Positions 1 through 14,241 of a stretch of DNA of 64,000 nucleotides are shown here, piece by piece. The notes beneath the pieces are model-generated. The model was not told the origin of the DNA. It saw nothing but the letters and a program-made list of their open reading frames with translations, and did not search any database. Each line of letters begins with the position of its first letter. Within the stretch, counting starts at the first letter, position 1. The stretch is from NCBI GenBank assembly GCA_037447605.1, contig CM074811.1, forward strand, positions 2,790,001 to 2,854,000. Reading direction: 5' to 3'. A program made the position numbers and the translations under genes. Origin of the DNA: Zygnema circumcarinatum SAG 698-1b (taxonomy: Eukaryota > Plantae > Zygnematophyceae).

Positions 1-3000
1 AACACAGGCACACTCCACTGCATTGAATTCCTTTTTTTTGCCACTCTCTCAGCAGCACTGTCAGAAAGGAGGTGCAGTAACTTTGATACCAGCTGCACTG
101 TTTAGCAAGCTATTACTCTCGGGATTAGGTGGAACTGAGGCGTTGGAATCATACCATTGTGCTTCTCACTCGCCCAGTGTATGCAAGGTGTCCGTCGTCA
201 TGATCAACATCGATTGCAGTGTCGGTGTTATCCTGTCAGAATGAATCCTCCATACAGTTAGCAAGGCTGCCTCATTTGTTTCGCGTTATTTTGCGTTTAG
301 GTCGACACTTTCACGTGAATATGTACAGCATTGCGAGGGAAACAAGGGTCAACGATTTAGAGGCGAGGTGGTATTACATGTTTCTCAGCTCCTGTCCCAT
401 CTGGACTTGTGTCTCCAAACTTAGCCTGCATAGAAGATGGCAAAATATTTGCAGCGTCATGAGAAGCAAATTACTTACATGAGGTTGTTATTGTTATAAT
501 AAGAATTGTGCAGTATGATAGTCTTGAGGACAATTTACAAAAACGAGTACACAACTTCACCTGAATGAGTTCCCTTTGCACATCATAACTGAAGCGTCGA
601 AGAGTAGCTTCATGGCGTAGCTTTTCCTTAGCGAGCTTTCCATTGTAATCCTGTATCTTTTTCTCGTAATCAATCTTCATCCTGCTCAATGCCTCCTCAT
701 GCTTCACCTGTTCTGCAAGAGATATTGATTTAGCTTGTTCCAATGCCGCTTCACTCTGTCCAAGACATACACCGCAGTTGCCTTCATCAGCTTGGAGATT
801 TACTGGCATGCGTAGAAGCAAAATAAACTGCGTTTCTTGCTTTTTTAGTTATCTTACTGGCCTTCACACCTGTTTCCCCCTATCCCAGAATCACCTGTGG
901 CAACTTACCGTCCGCAGGTGTTCCTCACTATGCTGTAACTTTGTGGTAACTTCGTCGTTGATGAACATCAGCTCATCCTTATGGTTCTCAATATGCTCCA
1001 AATCTCCTTGCTTCTGTGACATAGTAGAAAACATAGATGACATAAAAACCTCTGCCTTGCACTGCCTAGAGGGTTTGTTCTAAACGCATTGAGAAACTGC
1101 AGCATTACTGCGTAGAGCATTCAACAAAGGCAACGGTAAATGAGCACAATACTTTCATGTATTTAAAGAGTAAAACATGAGAGTGTAGCCTAATCTGCAA
1201 CATCACACTTCAGAAGAAGTGATGATTTACCTGCTGCAGCTCCAACTCCCGTTGAACCTTACGTTCCGTCAACCTCTCCACTTTTGATTTCCATTCCGTT
1301 ACAAAAGTCTCTTGAGCCTGAACGGAGAATGAGCTAAATCAGAAAGTATTTATATTTTGGCTATTTTGTATACATTGTTGTACATTCATTTCAACTTCGA
1401 TTGCGCTGACTTATTGTCATTCATTACCTGTCTAGATTTTTCTTCGTTGCTGAGATTTATTTGTAGCAATTCAGATTCGAGCTTGTGCTCTAGGGTGACA
1501 TTTTCTGCGCGAAGATTTTCCACGTGCTCCTTTTCCTGAACACAAACATAAGCTGTCAGGCTCGAGTAACATCCTCTGATGATATACTGGTGTGCATGTA
1601 ATGAGCCAGTCTGATCACGTCTCTTAAAAAATAGATATGGTTAGCTGCCTCTGTTTTGAAAGGTCTAGTGTAATCACCTTTTCCAATGCTGCACAGAGTG
1701 CCATTCTCTCCCGACATAGCTCCATCCGAAGTTCTTCAAGTATTTTGTTCGTTTCGTCGTGATACTGTTTAGCAAGTTCGGTCATCTGGACATGTCAACG
1801 CAGAAACGATCCAGGACAAGTCAGTCGTAGAATGTGAGTTTCTCTGTTCAACGATTTAAATGACTTAGATGCATCCTGGACACGTTACTGGCGACTGAAA
1901 ATGTTTATATTTATACAAGCGGTGAATCTATCAATCATTGACTGATAGGCTTACCTCTTTGTTACTCTGCTCCTCCAGGTTGTTGATGTTCGTTCTGGCT
2001 GTTTCCCGCTGACACGACAGGGCCTTTTCGTATTCGTATTTTGTGCTTTCCACCAATTCACTTGCCTGCAAAGAACCGCAATTGATTGAACTAAACAATT
2101 TTATTCTTTTCCTGTAATCAGTGCTTCCCTTAGTGTTAACTTCGGCAATTGCAAAGCAGGATAATATGTACAAGTGGTGCATAATGATCTCGAAGGGAAT
2201 GGCAGTGAACTGACCTTCTGCGTCTCATTTTTAATGGCCTTGTGTGTTTCGGCTTCGTAATGTTTCCGAATTTCAGCTACGGCCTGCAAACAACGTGTTA
2301 AAAAATCAAGTGCCATGTCGTCTTCTCCAAAAAGTACCTATACTGAAAAGCAAGAGTAGATTTCCTGTGTGTTCGATAATACCTGGTTGTTTTGCATTGA
2401 TATCTCCCGCAGGTGCCTTTGAAGCTCCAGCTGTTTTGTTTCAAGCTCTGCTTGTCCCTCTCGTTTGCTTGCTTCACTTGCCTTCTGTGCGCATATCATT
2501 TGCTCATTCGTCTGTCACAATCAATATCTCATTAAAACGTCAGTCCAATAACAATCGCATTCAAACTCTCCGCCAGGCCAGATACTATGAACTGGCTGGA
2601 TAAGGTTTTTGAGCAAGTAAAATCTTTGGTATGCCGGCTGCATTCTGTTTACAAGACTGCGTTCTATCGAACGGTAATTTTGCTGTGGAGCATTCACGAG
2701 ATAGAAACCGAACAAGTTGATAAGATCTTTTTTGCTGGCTTTGAGAAACGGCAACCTCTTTAAGCTTCTGCTCCACTTGCTGGTGCTGCTCTTGAAGCCG
2801 GTTAAGTTCAGTTGTGTTTCTTTCGTATGCCTCCTGAGTGTTCTTTAGCTCCTCGGTGGTTGCATTGAGCAGCGCATTCTGCTCATGACGCTCATTTTGC
2901 AGCGCCTTTAAATCAGCCTGTCCCTTTTCAACTGCTCGCTCTAGTGCCTTAACAGCATTAGCGTCCTCTTCCTTTATCTTTGAAATGTCGCCGAGGAGTT

Positions 3001-6000
3001 TCCCCTGTGTCACAAAATCCTGCTCTTAGAAAAAGTGGTGCTTTATCGAATCGTTATGATTTGTACGGTGATTGAGTTATACTGAACGGAAACGGTGGTA
3101 TTTTTTTTTCAAGTGGGTGAGGTTTCACTCATGTTCAGAGCAAAATAGAGAAAGTACCTTCTCCTCCTCCAGTTCGTTAACCAGAGTTGCAAGAGCAGCT
3201 AACTCTTCTCGGTAACTCGTGCTTTCTCGTGTTCTATCGTCAAGCTGATTACGTAGTAGAGTCATACATTCCTGCGCTGACTTTTGTGCTTCCGCAGCAG
3301 CAGTAACAGTCTCCGATTGGCTGCATCGCAGCTGCTCTAAGGCTTCCCTGCAGGCTGCGGGCAGAAATGTTTGACAAACAGCCAGACCAAGTTAAACTCG
3401 TTTCGTGCCAGATAGCACGCCAAAAACTTTGAAAGCTAACAACTTATGCAGACGATTGATCACTAGCTATTCACTGTGTGAATTTGTCTCAACTTTCGGT
3501 ATATAGTCATGCAACAAACTTGTTATCCAAGGCAATTTTTTTTGACAAACTGCTGCAGCGTGTCGATAGCACCGGTGCATGCAATACTGCACTTACTCTT
3601 CAAGTCATCCCGAAGGACTTTGACCTTTGTTTGTAGTTCGTGGTTCCGCACGTCAGCTTCCCTCATTGTTTGTAAAATCCGCTCCTTTTCGCTATGTTCT
3701 TTTGCATGTTTTGAGCTGCTCTTGGCAAGTTCCTGGAGCAGTGCTTCCATGTTCCGCGCTGTGTGGCCGTTCATACTTGCAAGCGCTGATGCTTTGGCTG
3801 ATAACATCTCTACCTGCTGCTTCAAGGTCGTAACTTCATTGAGCTTGACCTCGAGCTGTTTTTCAAGGTCATTTCGTGTAGATTCAACGTCAGTCTTCGC
3901 ATCACCCTGCTCGTGCAAATGACACACGCACGATCAGTGATGCACTTGTCTTCCTTCGCCTCGAATAACGGAGACTGCACAAAATCGACGAATTGCTGTG
4001 CAAAGTTGGGCATTCAATTCATTCCGGATCGCATTTTGAAGCTCAGGAAACAATTCTCGTCCTGGTTTTCAAAGTACATGCGCATTGCGGGATAGACATT
4101 CAAGGCAGGCAAAAGGCTTCGACAGCACCAACTCCTTGTTTCTGTTTTGCAGGCGTTCCAATACAACTCGCTCTTTTGCAATCCCATTTTGCAATGCAGC
4201 AATCTGCTGCTGACTGCCTTCTGCTTCCGCCGTTTTCATTGTTGCCTCCATTTCTGCTGTCTGCAGCCGTCTCAATAACGATCCTGTAAAACAGTATCCA
4301 GCAGCAAGTTAATCGGAAGTGAACAACAAAAAGAAGCTGTCTGCTTCGACAATTCCAGAGGATGGCAGTCCTTGTTGAAGATCACCAAGCTGCAAAAATT
4401 CTGAATGCATGCAAATTTATAGCTCCGACAATCGCGTTTTTCTCATGCAAACCTTGAAGACGACCATGACGTTTTTGCAAAGTTCGAGGGCAACATATAT
4501 GACCTTTTCCCAACCAAAAAGGACAAAGCAAAATGAAGATGGTGCAGGTGTCCATATAATCTCAGACGTGCAATGGATGGCACATTGCACGGACAGTGGC
4601 GCGTCGACTCTTTTTCCAGCAGCCTGACTATAGTCCCTCATGCAATTTTTTGAAAAGGAAACGAAACATACCTTTTTCCGAGGCTGTCTTCTTGTGATGG
4701 GAGAGCTCGTTGGATATCTGTAGGTTCAGCTGAGAAAATTCACGTCGTAAGTCGCTGACTTCTGCTCCCCCTGGCGAAGCAGAAGACGATGCAACTCAGT
4801 GAGAGAACCGAGATGGGAACCACGCACAAGTGGCAAAGAGACGTTGACTTAACAGTCAGCACTCAATGTTGCTCAAAAAATATGCAAAAAATGTTCTACA
4901 TTACCACGCATTCAGCAGCTTAGGACGAGCATTTTCACAATGCTACAGATCAGGATCCTTACAAGCTTTCGCTCTCGCCTCTGCATCGTTTTTTTGAGCA
5001 TCAAACTTCTCGAGTTTCTGTATCAGATCTTCATAATTCTTTTGCCTCCCAAGGATTTTCGATTCTAGAAATTGTCGCATTCGTTCAGCTGTCAGGTGAA
5101 AAGGACATCAAACAGAAAACTGTTAATGCTGATATTGCCAGAGGTCGGAATATTTCCAGGGAAAACCTTAGGCATGTTGTGAACTAAATAATTGTTGCTC
5201 TTTCATAAATTGGTTAACCAGCAAATATTGCTATCTTAATAGATGCTAGAGCTCTACTTTGTCGATACCGTGAACTACATAGGATTATTAAAAGGTTCTG
5301 CGTCCATAAAGGTTAGTACGTGGCTAACAACTTTAAAAGGGTACAATGCAGGGAAGCGTCCTCAGCAGATGCGGGATTTGCAGTGGGAGTGGAATGACGT
5401 AATATTATGTCACCTTCTTCAAATTTACTCTTGGCCTCGCATAATGCTTCTATTGTCTGTTGATGTAGAGCATTTACAGGAAGCACCGGGTCGTTTTCGC
5501 CTCGAGTCCATTCTTGATTGTCTACACGGTCGTTCTTCTGATGGTGGGATCTCTGCAAAAAGGCATTGTGACATCTGAATGTCAATCCACCACCCAGCGT
5601 CGAAATTCTTGGATAAACACTATGTCTCGATTCCTTGGGATCGCGTCTGCAGTAGCATATCCGAGTTCAGGAAGCAGTGATTTAGGGAATAACATCCGAC
5701 GGTACCATTATCGCAGGGTCCAACGGCAGAGAAGCGCGTGCTAGTAATGAATTCAGACCTGCAACCGTCACAAAGGAAAGTTACATGCGTTAATGTACCT
5801 TCATCAACTATCTGCTTCCCAAACGAGCCTCCCTATCCTAAACTTGAACCACATACGGGCTGCAATCCTAGGCCTCGACTCACTGAAACGTGGTATCGAA
5901 TATCAATAACCTTGACAAATGCAAGCTTTCCAGAATTACGAAGCCTACCTGTCGGCTGTTGTTTGCTCAAAAGACTCGTTTGCTGAATCTTGGATAATCC

Positions 6001-6060
6001 AAGGGCACAAGACGGCTGTAAATGCAAACGCTCGCCCTTGGTCGCGGCGGCGGACGCCAT
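1..6060 (-). CDS. ZYP1: Multi-exon long coiled-coil protein, synaptonemal complex transverse filament protein ZYP1-like (3' end off window; start codon tentative)
   Basis: Many short GT-AG exons encode heptad-rich sequence. Exons 2383-2511 and 2215-2283 splice in frame to ...AELETKQLELQRHLREISMQNNQ|AVAEIRKHYEAETHKAIKNETQK. This closely resembles the conserved plant ZYP1 segment as I recall it ([44 protein letters not shown]). Exons near 5410-5550 and 4960-5090 give QQTIEALCEAKSKFEE-AERMRQFLESKI, similar to the ZYP1 N-terminal region. The ATG at 6060 is a candidate only. Confidence 0.65.
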
Positions 6061-7099
6061 GTCCGCGCCGGCGGCAGTGCTGGCAGTCTCCGCGGCAAGA
6101 GCGCCGGCGGACCTGCAGCTGCAGAAGCTGCAAGACGGCCGACCGCAGCTTTTAAAAAGTTCGATGGCGGGATTTGGCGCCAACAGGGCTTGTCAATAAT
6201 TTGAAAAAAGTTCGAAACAAGTACATTTTTCATGGAAATGTGTTTGCGTTAAACGTACTGTTTTCGAAAACGGAAATTGAAGGGGAACCCTCACAACTTT
6301 TTTTTCAAGAATTTGACAAGGCAGGGGGGGGGGCGCAGACGGAGCATGTCGCCATACAGTAACTTGTTTGGAAAGCAGGACTCCTTATGTTTCTTTTACT
6401 ACTAAGTTTGGTGGAAATCTTTATCTTGTCCCCCCGTTTCGAATTCGATGATGTATGGTGCTAGTTCTCCACTCTCCTCGCGTGAAAGTCCCTTTTAGGA
6501 CGGAATTTCGCTTGAGGCATTGAGCTAGGGATCAAGTTCACACTGTTGCATACCTGGCAATCTGCAGTTGGTGGTTCTCACATCGTGATGTGATATCTTT
6601 GATGCATGTCCATGGTGCAACGTTTTACATCTTGCAAAACGAAATGCAGAAAGTTTGCAGCATCGTGATTTCAACAGAACTTTTACATTGCGCGATATGT
6701 CGAGGACCCGCGTACTTGAATCCGTAATTCTTAAAATATGATGATGCAGTGATGTGTGTGGTGCAACATGGATTGATGTAAGACTAGCACTCGAGCATCG
6801 AGCAGTGCATTCCAGCACCAGGGAGAGGGGTCTACAGTACTTGCTTTTCCTGATCAGCCGGGAAACACATCGAACTCTCCCTAGTCGTGCCGTACACATA
6901 CCGTACGAAAAAATATACCGTACGGTACGGCACCCTCCATAGCCGGACCGTTTCCATGCCAAGCCGGAAAGGATTAGCTCGCAGTCATCAACTAACTGTA
7001 CGGAGAGAGACAGGCATGGAACGGTGATTGGGAAGAGGGCGCGCATTGCTGGTGTGAGCCACTGAGCCGGCCATGGTGTCCTAGTTGTTGCAAGAAGCC

Positions 7100-10000
7100 A
7101 TGGCTGCGACGATGTTGCAAGACGCCATGGCCGGCTATCTGCTGCAGTTGGCTGCCGACGTGGAAGCTTGTCAGAGCGTGGAGCAGGTTGACGAGTTGCT
7201 GCGCTGCACGGCGCAACTTTTAGGCCTCTTGGAGCCCTGCAACGCGGAGGGTCAGAAGCTTTGCCTGCACCAAGCCAATCGATCAGGCGCGTCCTTGTTT
7301 TCTGCTAATCGGTTTTTTGATAGATCATATTGATCATGTTGACCATATTTCATTACGTTGCTTATCACATGCTCGCACTCTTCAAGGGCTCCTTTTTTTT
7401 CGAATTTGCGTAGGCATGACGTTTGATTTGAGTGCAGGTGCATTCTTGCCTTAATATGGTTCGGAAAATTAATAGAAAGTACAATTTATATGTAACATAT
7501 CACATGTTTAGGTGGCCAAGTTACATTCACCGTTTTTCATAGCTAAAAAAAAATGAAGGAATGAAGGAGTGGAGGAATGAGTGAAGGAAGCGGATTAAAG
7601 CCTGCACTACGCTACTGTTGAAGGAGCTTCGGCAATTATAAAATTTTCACGTAAGAGGTTTTAGAACTCCAAAGCACTCGTTGTTCTTGTTTTCAATACT
7701 GACACATCTGTTGCCGAGGTGTCTCACTTGCAGAAACTGAAATAGGGATCCCCAGCGGAAAGCTCTTGAAGGTAATTCCGGACATCATTTCACAACTACG
7801 CCATGGTTTGCTAACATCGAAGAGGTGCTGTTGGTTAATGCGTTGAACTCCATTTTATTTACGTCCTAGTTTCACTTCTGCTTCAGAACACTGTACTTGT
7901 GTCCTATTTCATATTGAAGGTAGATCCTTTGTTTACGGCTGGGACGACTCCTCTTTCTTCCAGCTGGCTGCAGATTGCAGATTAGCAGCGGAAGCAACAG
8001 CAATCACGGCGTCTTCCTCAGAAACGCTTCAAAAGGCATTTTACGACAACGGACATTTTACTGCTCTGGCTGAATTGCTACTGCACCGTATGCTCCGACG
8101 TACCCGTCCTCTTTCAGTAGTCACATAAGTAACTTCTTGTCTTTTGTTTCCAAACAAGTGAAGAATGTGTTTGAATTACATTAAACAAATCAATTCGAGC
8201 GAAGCAGAGGCGCTGACCTTTGCTGAGTTCAATAAGTTACGAAAATTAACTAATAGAATCTCTTCTGATTAAGTCCTCTGCCGTTGCAGAAGTAGCACCC
8301 GACTGGCTCTCTTGCTTCACGCACTCTACCAGGGCATCACTTCTCTATCCCTTTTTCCAGAAGGCGCCACCTGGCGCCCTCCTGCTGGCCGTGGTGCCAG
8401 CTCTAAGCTCCCCCATCTCTCCCCACGATTCTGATGATCTGAGAGACACAGCATCCACTCAACGGCTTGCTCAAAGGTGTGCTAAAAATGCTCGTTTCAT
8501 GGTTATTAGCAAGTTTCATTTCCTTTGTCCTTCAGATACGAAATGGCCCAGTTTTGTGAACATAAACCTGCTCAATTTCTACTCATTTTGAAATTTGAGG
8601 GCTTGTCTTGTCGTGTGTGGCAGTAACTCCAACAATTTCTCGCTTCTGCAGGCTTTTAGTGCTTTGTCTTTTGGAGGAGCAGCCAGAGCACCGCTCAGGA
8701 TTGTACCGACTTGCCTTGCAGTGCGGAAAATCTAGCACGAAAGATTGTGCCCCTTTGCTGCAAATGAATTTCTCAGATAGTCCAACGATTTGGACCAATG
8801 TATGGAAGCAGGATGTCTTGCAACTGGCTGCTGTCCTCGCATCTATTCCCGACCGCGTGGAGCCATCTGCACCGAATGTTCTAAGAGCACCGTATCCTTT
8901 CCATGGAAATGACGGAGGAAGCCTATTTCTCTGTGCATGGAAGAAACTAATAATTTAGTATCAGCTTGAGGGATTAGGCGTTGACGAGTCGGCTTTGGAT
9001 TTTTCTTTTTTCCATATGCTCCAAGCCACTGGTAGAACTCTCTTTGTAGGAGCAAAAGTCGACATTTTGAAAAAATGACTTCTCCATTGACTTGAATTAC
9101 TGTCAGAAAGTTCTTCCAAGAAGCACTGAAGCATCTTCTTCAAGCAGTCACAGATCGCTGGGAGATGTGCTATGGGGTAACCCCGCAGAAGAAAGTTGAA
9201 GTAGTGATGACTCTCTCAGAGGGAGAAAGAGGCTCCTTGCATGGAAGTGGAGGGGTGGAGAAGAAAAACAGTCTTTCTGCTGCACATGAAGGTCATGGAG
9301 GACTTCAAGATTTGGCCGCTTGGGAGACAGATGGCACGTTCTTACTGGTGGGAGAGTTTATGATTCGGCTATGTCGCAGAGGCCATGCGGGTAGGCTCAT
9401 ATGCAACTTCAGGCCCATGAGGAGGAGGCTTACAAAGTTTTTATGGCTTGTTTGGCAAGGATAGCGTGGAGGGTGAGCTTACCTATTTTTCATGCTTGCG
9501 TAAGGAATGACTGTGAGCCATTAAGGGTTGGACCCATCTTCATGAGAGATCATGAAATTATTATTCTGCAGATGTCGCTGCAAGCGAACTACTTTCTGCT
9601 CTTCTGTCACATACCCAACAAATGGTGCAGCACGATTCAGAAAACGGGAAGAGTTCCATGCAAGAGACACGCTGTAATGAGGATCTTAGAAGGGAAGGGG
9701 TCTGGAGTGCTTTGATGGCCTCAATGCAAGACAAGAATGCAGTGGAGCGATTGGGAGAAGGATTGTTGAGGAATATGGCCCGAAAATCAGTACCAAAGGA
9801 CGCAGGGAGGAGCATGTTAACAGTTCTTTATGGCCCATTGCTCAGCACACACTTCATAGAGATGCGGTGCGTTTTGTGCCCAAGTTACTGTGTGTCTTTT
9901 GTCACTTTGTTCCTTTGATCAAGGAAGGTGGAAGGTGGGAGGCACTATGGATGGGCTTTTTCTCCATTTTTTTCTCATTGCGTCGTTCTCCGCTGTGATT

Positions 10001-13000
10001 GTTTGCATTCCTGGTAGAAAGATTCTACCACTCTAGAAGGAAACATTGTCGAACTGGAGAGGGGGAGGGGTGTTGGATGTGATAGGCAACTTTTTGTAGA
10101 GCATCTTTTGCTCCGCCGAGTGCTGCCGCGCGTATGTCTGCAGTATATACTACCGTTCCTGTTCCACGATACTTCTGAACCGCCCAGACCACTCCCCCAA
10201 CCCGCTACTTCCCTTTGGGGTGGAAGTATTCGTGGAGAGGTTGTTAAGCAGCTGGCGGATTATTGGGCCTCTGGAGACTGTATTCGATCGACTCCACTTG
10301 CTCAGCAAGCGTGTGAGTGCCATTTGTCAAGCCAGTGTGCAATGTCTCTTGCTCTGAAGGGGAGGGACAGGAGGCTTTGAGATAGTTGGAGGGGTTCAGT
10401 TGTGCTCAAGATGCACATCTAAAGATGTGGAGTAATCGTGCTTTGCATGACGGACATTCTCAGACTGACCTACTGCTGAGGAGGGAGGGGCTGGAATGGG
10501 AGGGAGGGATAGAGAAGTAAACGGAGATGCAACATTCTAGAAAGTGAGGAGAGATTGTTTAAACGAAAGTTCAGCTTACAGGGAAGTAGGGCCACAGAGA
10601 AGTGCAGAAGCGTGGAGGGGGAAGGAGAGAGAGAGAAGGAGGAGGATGGGGTGGGGGGAGGGGAAGGACAGAGGTGACCGTCGGTAACCTGTTTTGAGGG
10701 GATTGCAGATGTTACCGCTGCCCTCTCGCTCAGCCTTAAGGGAATGACTCGACAACAACTTGAAGCCACATCGGGCCTTCTGGCGGCTCTTCTGCAAGGG
10801 GTGAGCGGTGGGTATAGGCTTCCTCTACTGAATTTAACTTGCATTATTACTTCCTTTCATGCCTTGGAGTATCAGCGACTCTCCAACCTGCTAGCAGCAT
10901 AAAGGTTGAAACTTCCAAACATCGAAAATTTACTATGTTGAACAAGGGCGTCAGGACTCGTCCCTGTTTGTCTATTTGGGTGTTGTACAAACCCTTCCCA
11001 GTTTTGGAGACCATAGAATACAAACAATTTCGCCTACACGGGCGAAGCTTAATGCTGAAGATGGTGTGAGGATCTAAACAGATTGTTGCCAAATTAGCAT
11101 TTTTTGTAGGAGAGAGCTAGAAACCATATACCTGTATCTCTTGCGGGGCTGGTGTCTGTGAACTCAACATGTCGAAGGCGCATGCAGGAAGACTGGAGAG
11201 CCCCCTTCTTCCTATTCGAACGATGGCCCAAAAGGTGGCCTTTACCTTCTCCACTGTTATCGATCCTAAGAACCCACTCACTTTTGATGAAGACTTCAGG
11301 CCGAGTGAAGCATCTGATGAGGAGTGTGAGAGAGTAATAGTAGAGATTACTGCAGGAACTGGTAAAGCTGACTGTGAGAGGAATGGGGCTGAAGAACAAA
11401 GAGGGAAACTGGAGGTGTCAGAAGACAAGGTGAAGAATGAGAGAAGGCGGAGTAGAAAGGTGAACAGAGGGCGAGCAAAGCAGGGAGAAAAAGATCCTGA
11501 TGCTGTGGTTCGGCTGAGTGGTGAAGGGGAGGATGGAGATGTGGAGGATGGGAGTGAAAGGGAGGGGCAAAGCTCTGGGAGTGGGGAATCGAGCGATGGT
11601 AGTGACTACTCATTGGAGGCATATGATTTAGCAGACGATGCAGAGGATCTGGAAGAAAAAGTTCCTAAGCAGTTAAGAGACTGTGCAGCAGCTTTGAGGA
11701 AGAAGGATGATCCTGATGCGGTTAGTATTCTAAGTCTTTTTTTGGTTTGCGAGGGGAAGGAAGGGAGGGAGAAGGAAGGGAAGTGGAAAGAGGTATGAGG
11801 GAGGAGGGATGGGGGAGAGGGGATGAGCGACGAGGGCCGGAGGATGCGCGAGAGGGGGAAAGAGTTAAGGGGGCAGGGAGGAACAGAAGGAGAGCGGAGA
11901 GAAGGAGAGGAGTATAGGAGGAAGGATGGATTACACGGGGATTATGAAAGTTAATTGCAAGACATGTCATGCGTGCATCGAAGAATGTGCACTTAGTATC
12001 TTAACCAGTTTACTTGTCCAACCAAAAATCTTTTCTGACAGGATGAACTGTGTATTCAACTTAGCATGGTAGTTTTTTTTTTAGGACTTCACAATTAAGT
12101 GTTTTCTATATTTGTGCTGCCTGAAATCGAGCCTGGTCTCTCCCACTGCAGTGACTGACAAATACGGACAGAATTCAGTTGAGAAGAATGGCTTGGAAAT
12201 GAAGTTCACTTCTTCCTTAAACATCAACTTACTCTATGCTTTTTCTCGTTGACGACAATCTCAGGTAGAGAAGGCTTTGAGAGCGGCTGAAGAACTGGTT
12301 CGAGCCCGCCCCGATGAACTCGCTGATGTGGCCCCCGAGCTCGCCTCAGCCCTCGTGCATGTTCAGAGCAGTGCTGTTGCGGTAGAGGGAGAGGAAGAGC
12401 AGTTAGAAGATGTGCAGCAGAAAGCTCTGCAGGCCTTGCTGGAGGAGGCCCCAGGGCCGACATTGGGAGTGTTACAACGAGCCATATATTCTCCACATGT
12501 GGACATAAGCCAACGTCTATTCATTCTTGATGTTATGGCAGGTGTGAGTCTCCCCTCCTCTCTCCTTCTCCCTCCCCCCCCTCTCTCTCTCCCGTCTCTC
12601 TCTCTGTGTCTGTGTGCCTGCGTTGGAGGAGGAATGGAGCTGTCTCTCGTAGCTGCTGCATTCTCGGTTGGTTAAGCAAGAAATCTTAGAGCCAAGAGTG
12701 GAGCAATTGAAAAATAAGAAAATTAACATCAATCACGGCAATCGTGCTTTGCCGCTAACAATGAACTTTTCTCATTCTCATTTGCGGCAGATGGTGCCAG
12801 GGCTCTCGCATCCTTGCCCTCTCCTACCCTTTCTCACGTCTCGGGCTCTCCCGTTCCCAGAAATCGTTTAATTGTGGAAGTTTCCTCAACTTCTGGGGCA
12901 AAGTCGTGGTTGGGTCCTGGGGCATCTGTGGGTCCTCCTGGGGGGGGTCCCTGGATTGAAGTGAACTCTCATCTACCTCGTCTGTGGGGGGACGAGAGCC

Positions 13001-14241
13001 TTCTCTCATGGGCTCATCGGTATGAGAGAGAGCTTCCATTGCAAGCAGGAGTCCGACGACTTGGCAGAACTCGGAGAGGTGGGAGGGAACGGGGGACTGT
13101 CCCAACTGTTACTAACGGGGCTGGAGAAGGTGGAGAGAAAGAAAGGAGAATTGTTGTGGAGCCGAGAGAGAACCGGTTTGCGGGGCTCGCGGCTGCCTTC
13201 ATGCTTCCTTTGATGAGAGATTTTGATAAAGTGCGGCAAGGAGTGGACTGGGTTGGGAGGGACTTTGTAGTATTGGGACGCTTGCTTTCCTTTCTCGGTA
13301 CTTGCATGGAGGCCGTGGCCCTGCAACCTCAAGCCTCTTCACTTGCCGGAGCTTTGCTGGACATGCTGCAAGCAAGGTAAGGCCATGGCTTCCATCGGGA
13401 CACTCCTGGGAATCCCGAAGGTGTTACGGTGTTAGGAAGTTCGGATCATAAAGATTATCGATTTTCTGTCCTCTCCATCCGTTGTCTATGTACCGATACA
13501 GTCCTCAAAAGCTCGCAGCAGGGAGATAAAACTTCAAAAAGGAACCCTAGCTTAGGCCAGGTTGCTGAGCCCCAGAGTGTGGGGAGGAGGGGGGTAAATA
13601 CAGGGCAGTGGCGTCCCATTCGGAGGCCTATGTCAGAAGAGCTGCTCTCTATGCTGCAGTGCAGCTCCTGCGGGCTGTTCCTTCCCCCTCTGTTGTGGGA
13701 GCGTTAGCTGGGGAAGATTCGAGCCTCGCAAGGGGACTGGAGTGGTTGCGGGAATGGGCTTTCCGTCTCAGTACCGAAGACCCTGATGACGACTGCTGCA
13801 TGGTGAGATTATTCAATAGTAGGCGCGCTGGCACTGGCGCTCTTTACTACGTACTACACTCAGAAAAACATTAACTTCTTCATACAATTAGCTTCTGGTG
13901 TAGGACTTGTATCCATTGAGGGCAACCTATTAAACATAACACGCAATCCCAGCTTGCAGCATGAGTTAAGGGCGCGTGTGGCATGCCGCAATTGGCCTAT
14001 ACCTGGTCAGACGCTATTGCGTGTTACGTGCTTTAGGAATGGCCTTGTATTCTGACTTTTATTATTGACACCTATGCGCTTGTGGTGATTCTGGCTGTGT
14101 GGGTGTCTGCAGCTCGCTTCTGTGTGCCTTGAAGTGCACAGAGACACAGCACAAAGGGCGATCCAGAGCATGGCGGGCATACCACCACCCTCCATGGCAG
14201 CCGCGCCGAAGGATCGGAGGGTTCTAATTACACCTTTTTAG
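7100..14241 (+). CDS. TELO2: Telomere length regulation protein TEL2/TELO2 (TTT complex, PIKK co-chaperone), multi-exon
   Basis: Exon translations carry TEL2-family motifs: LEAYDLADDAEDLEEKVPKQLRDCAAALRKKDDPD, ALRAAEELVRARPDELADVAPELASALVH, SQRLFILDVM, NRFAGLAAAFMLPLMRDFD, DFVVLGRLLSFLGTCM, HSEAYVRRAALYA and DPDDDC. The last exon 14113-14241 ends ...VLITPF-TAG. ATG at 7100 (MAATMLQDAM). Confidence 0.9.
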
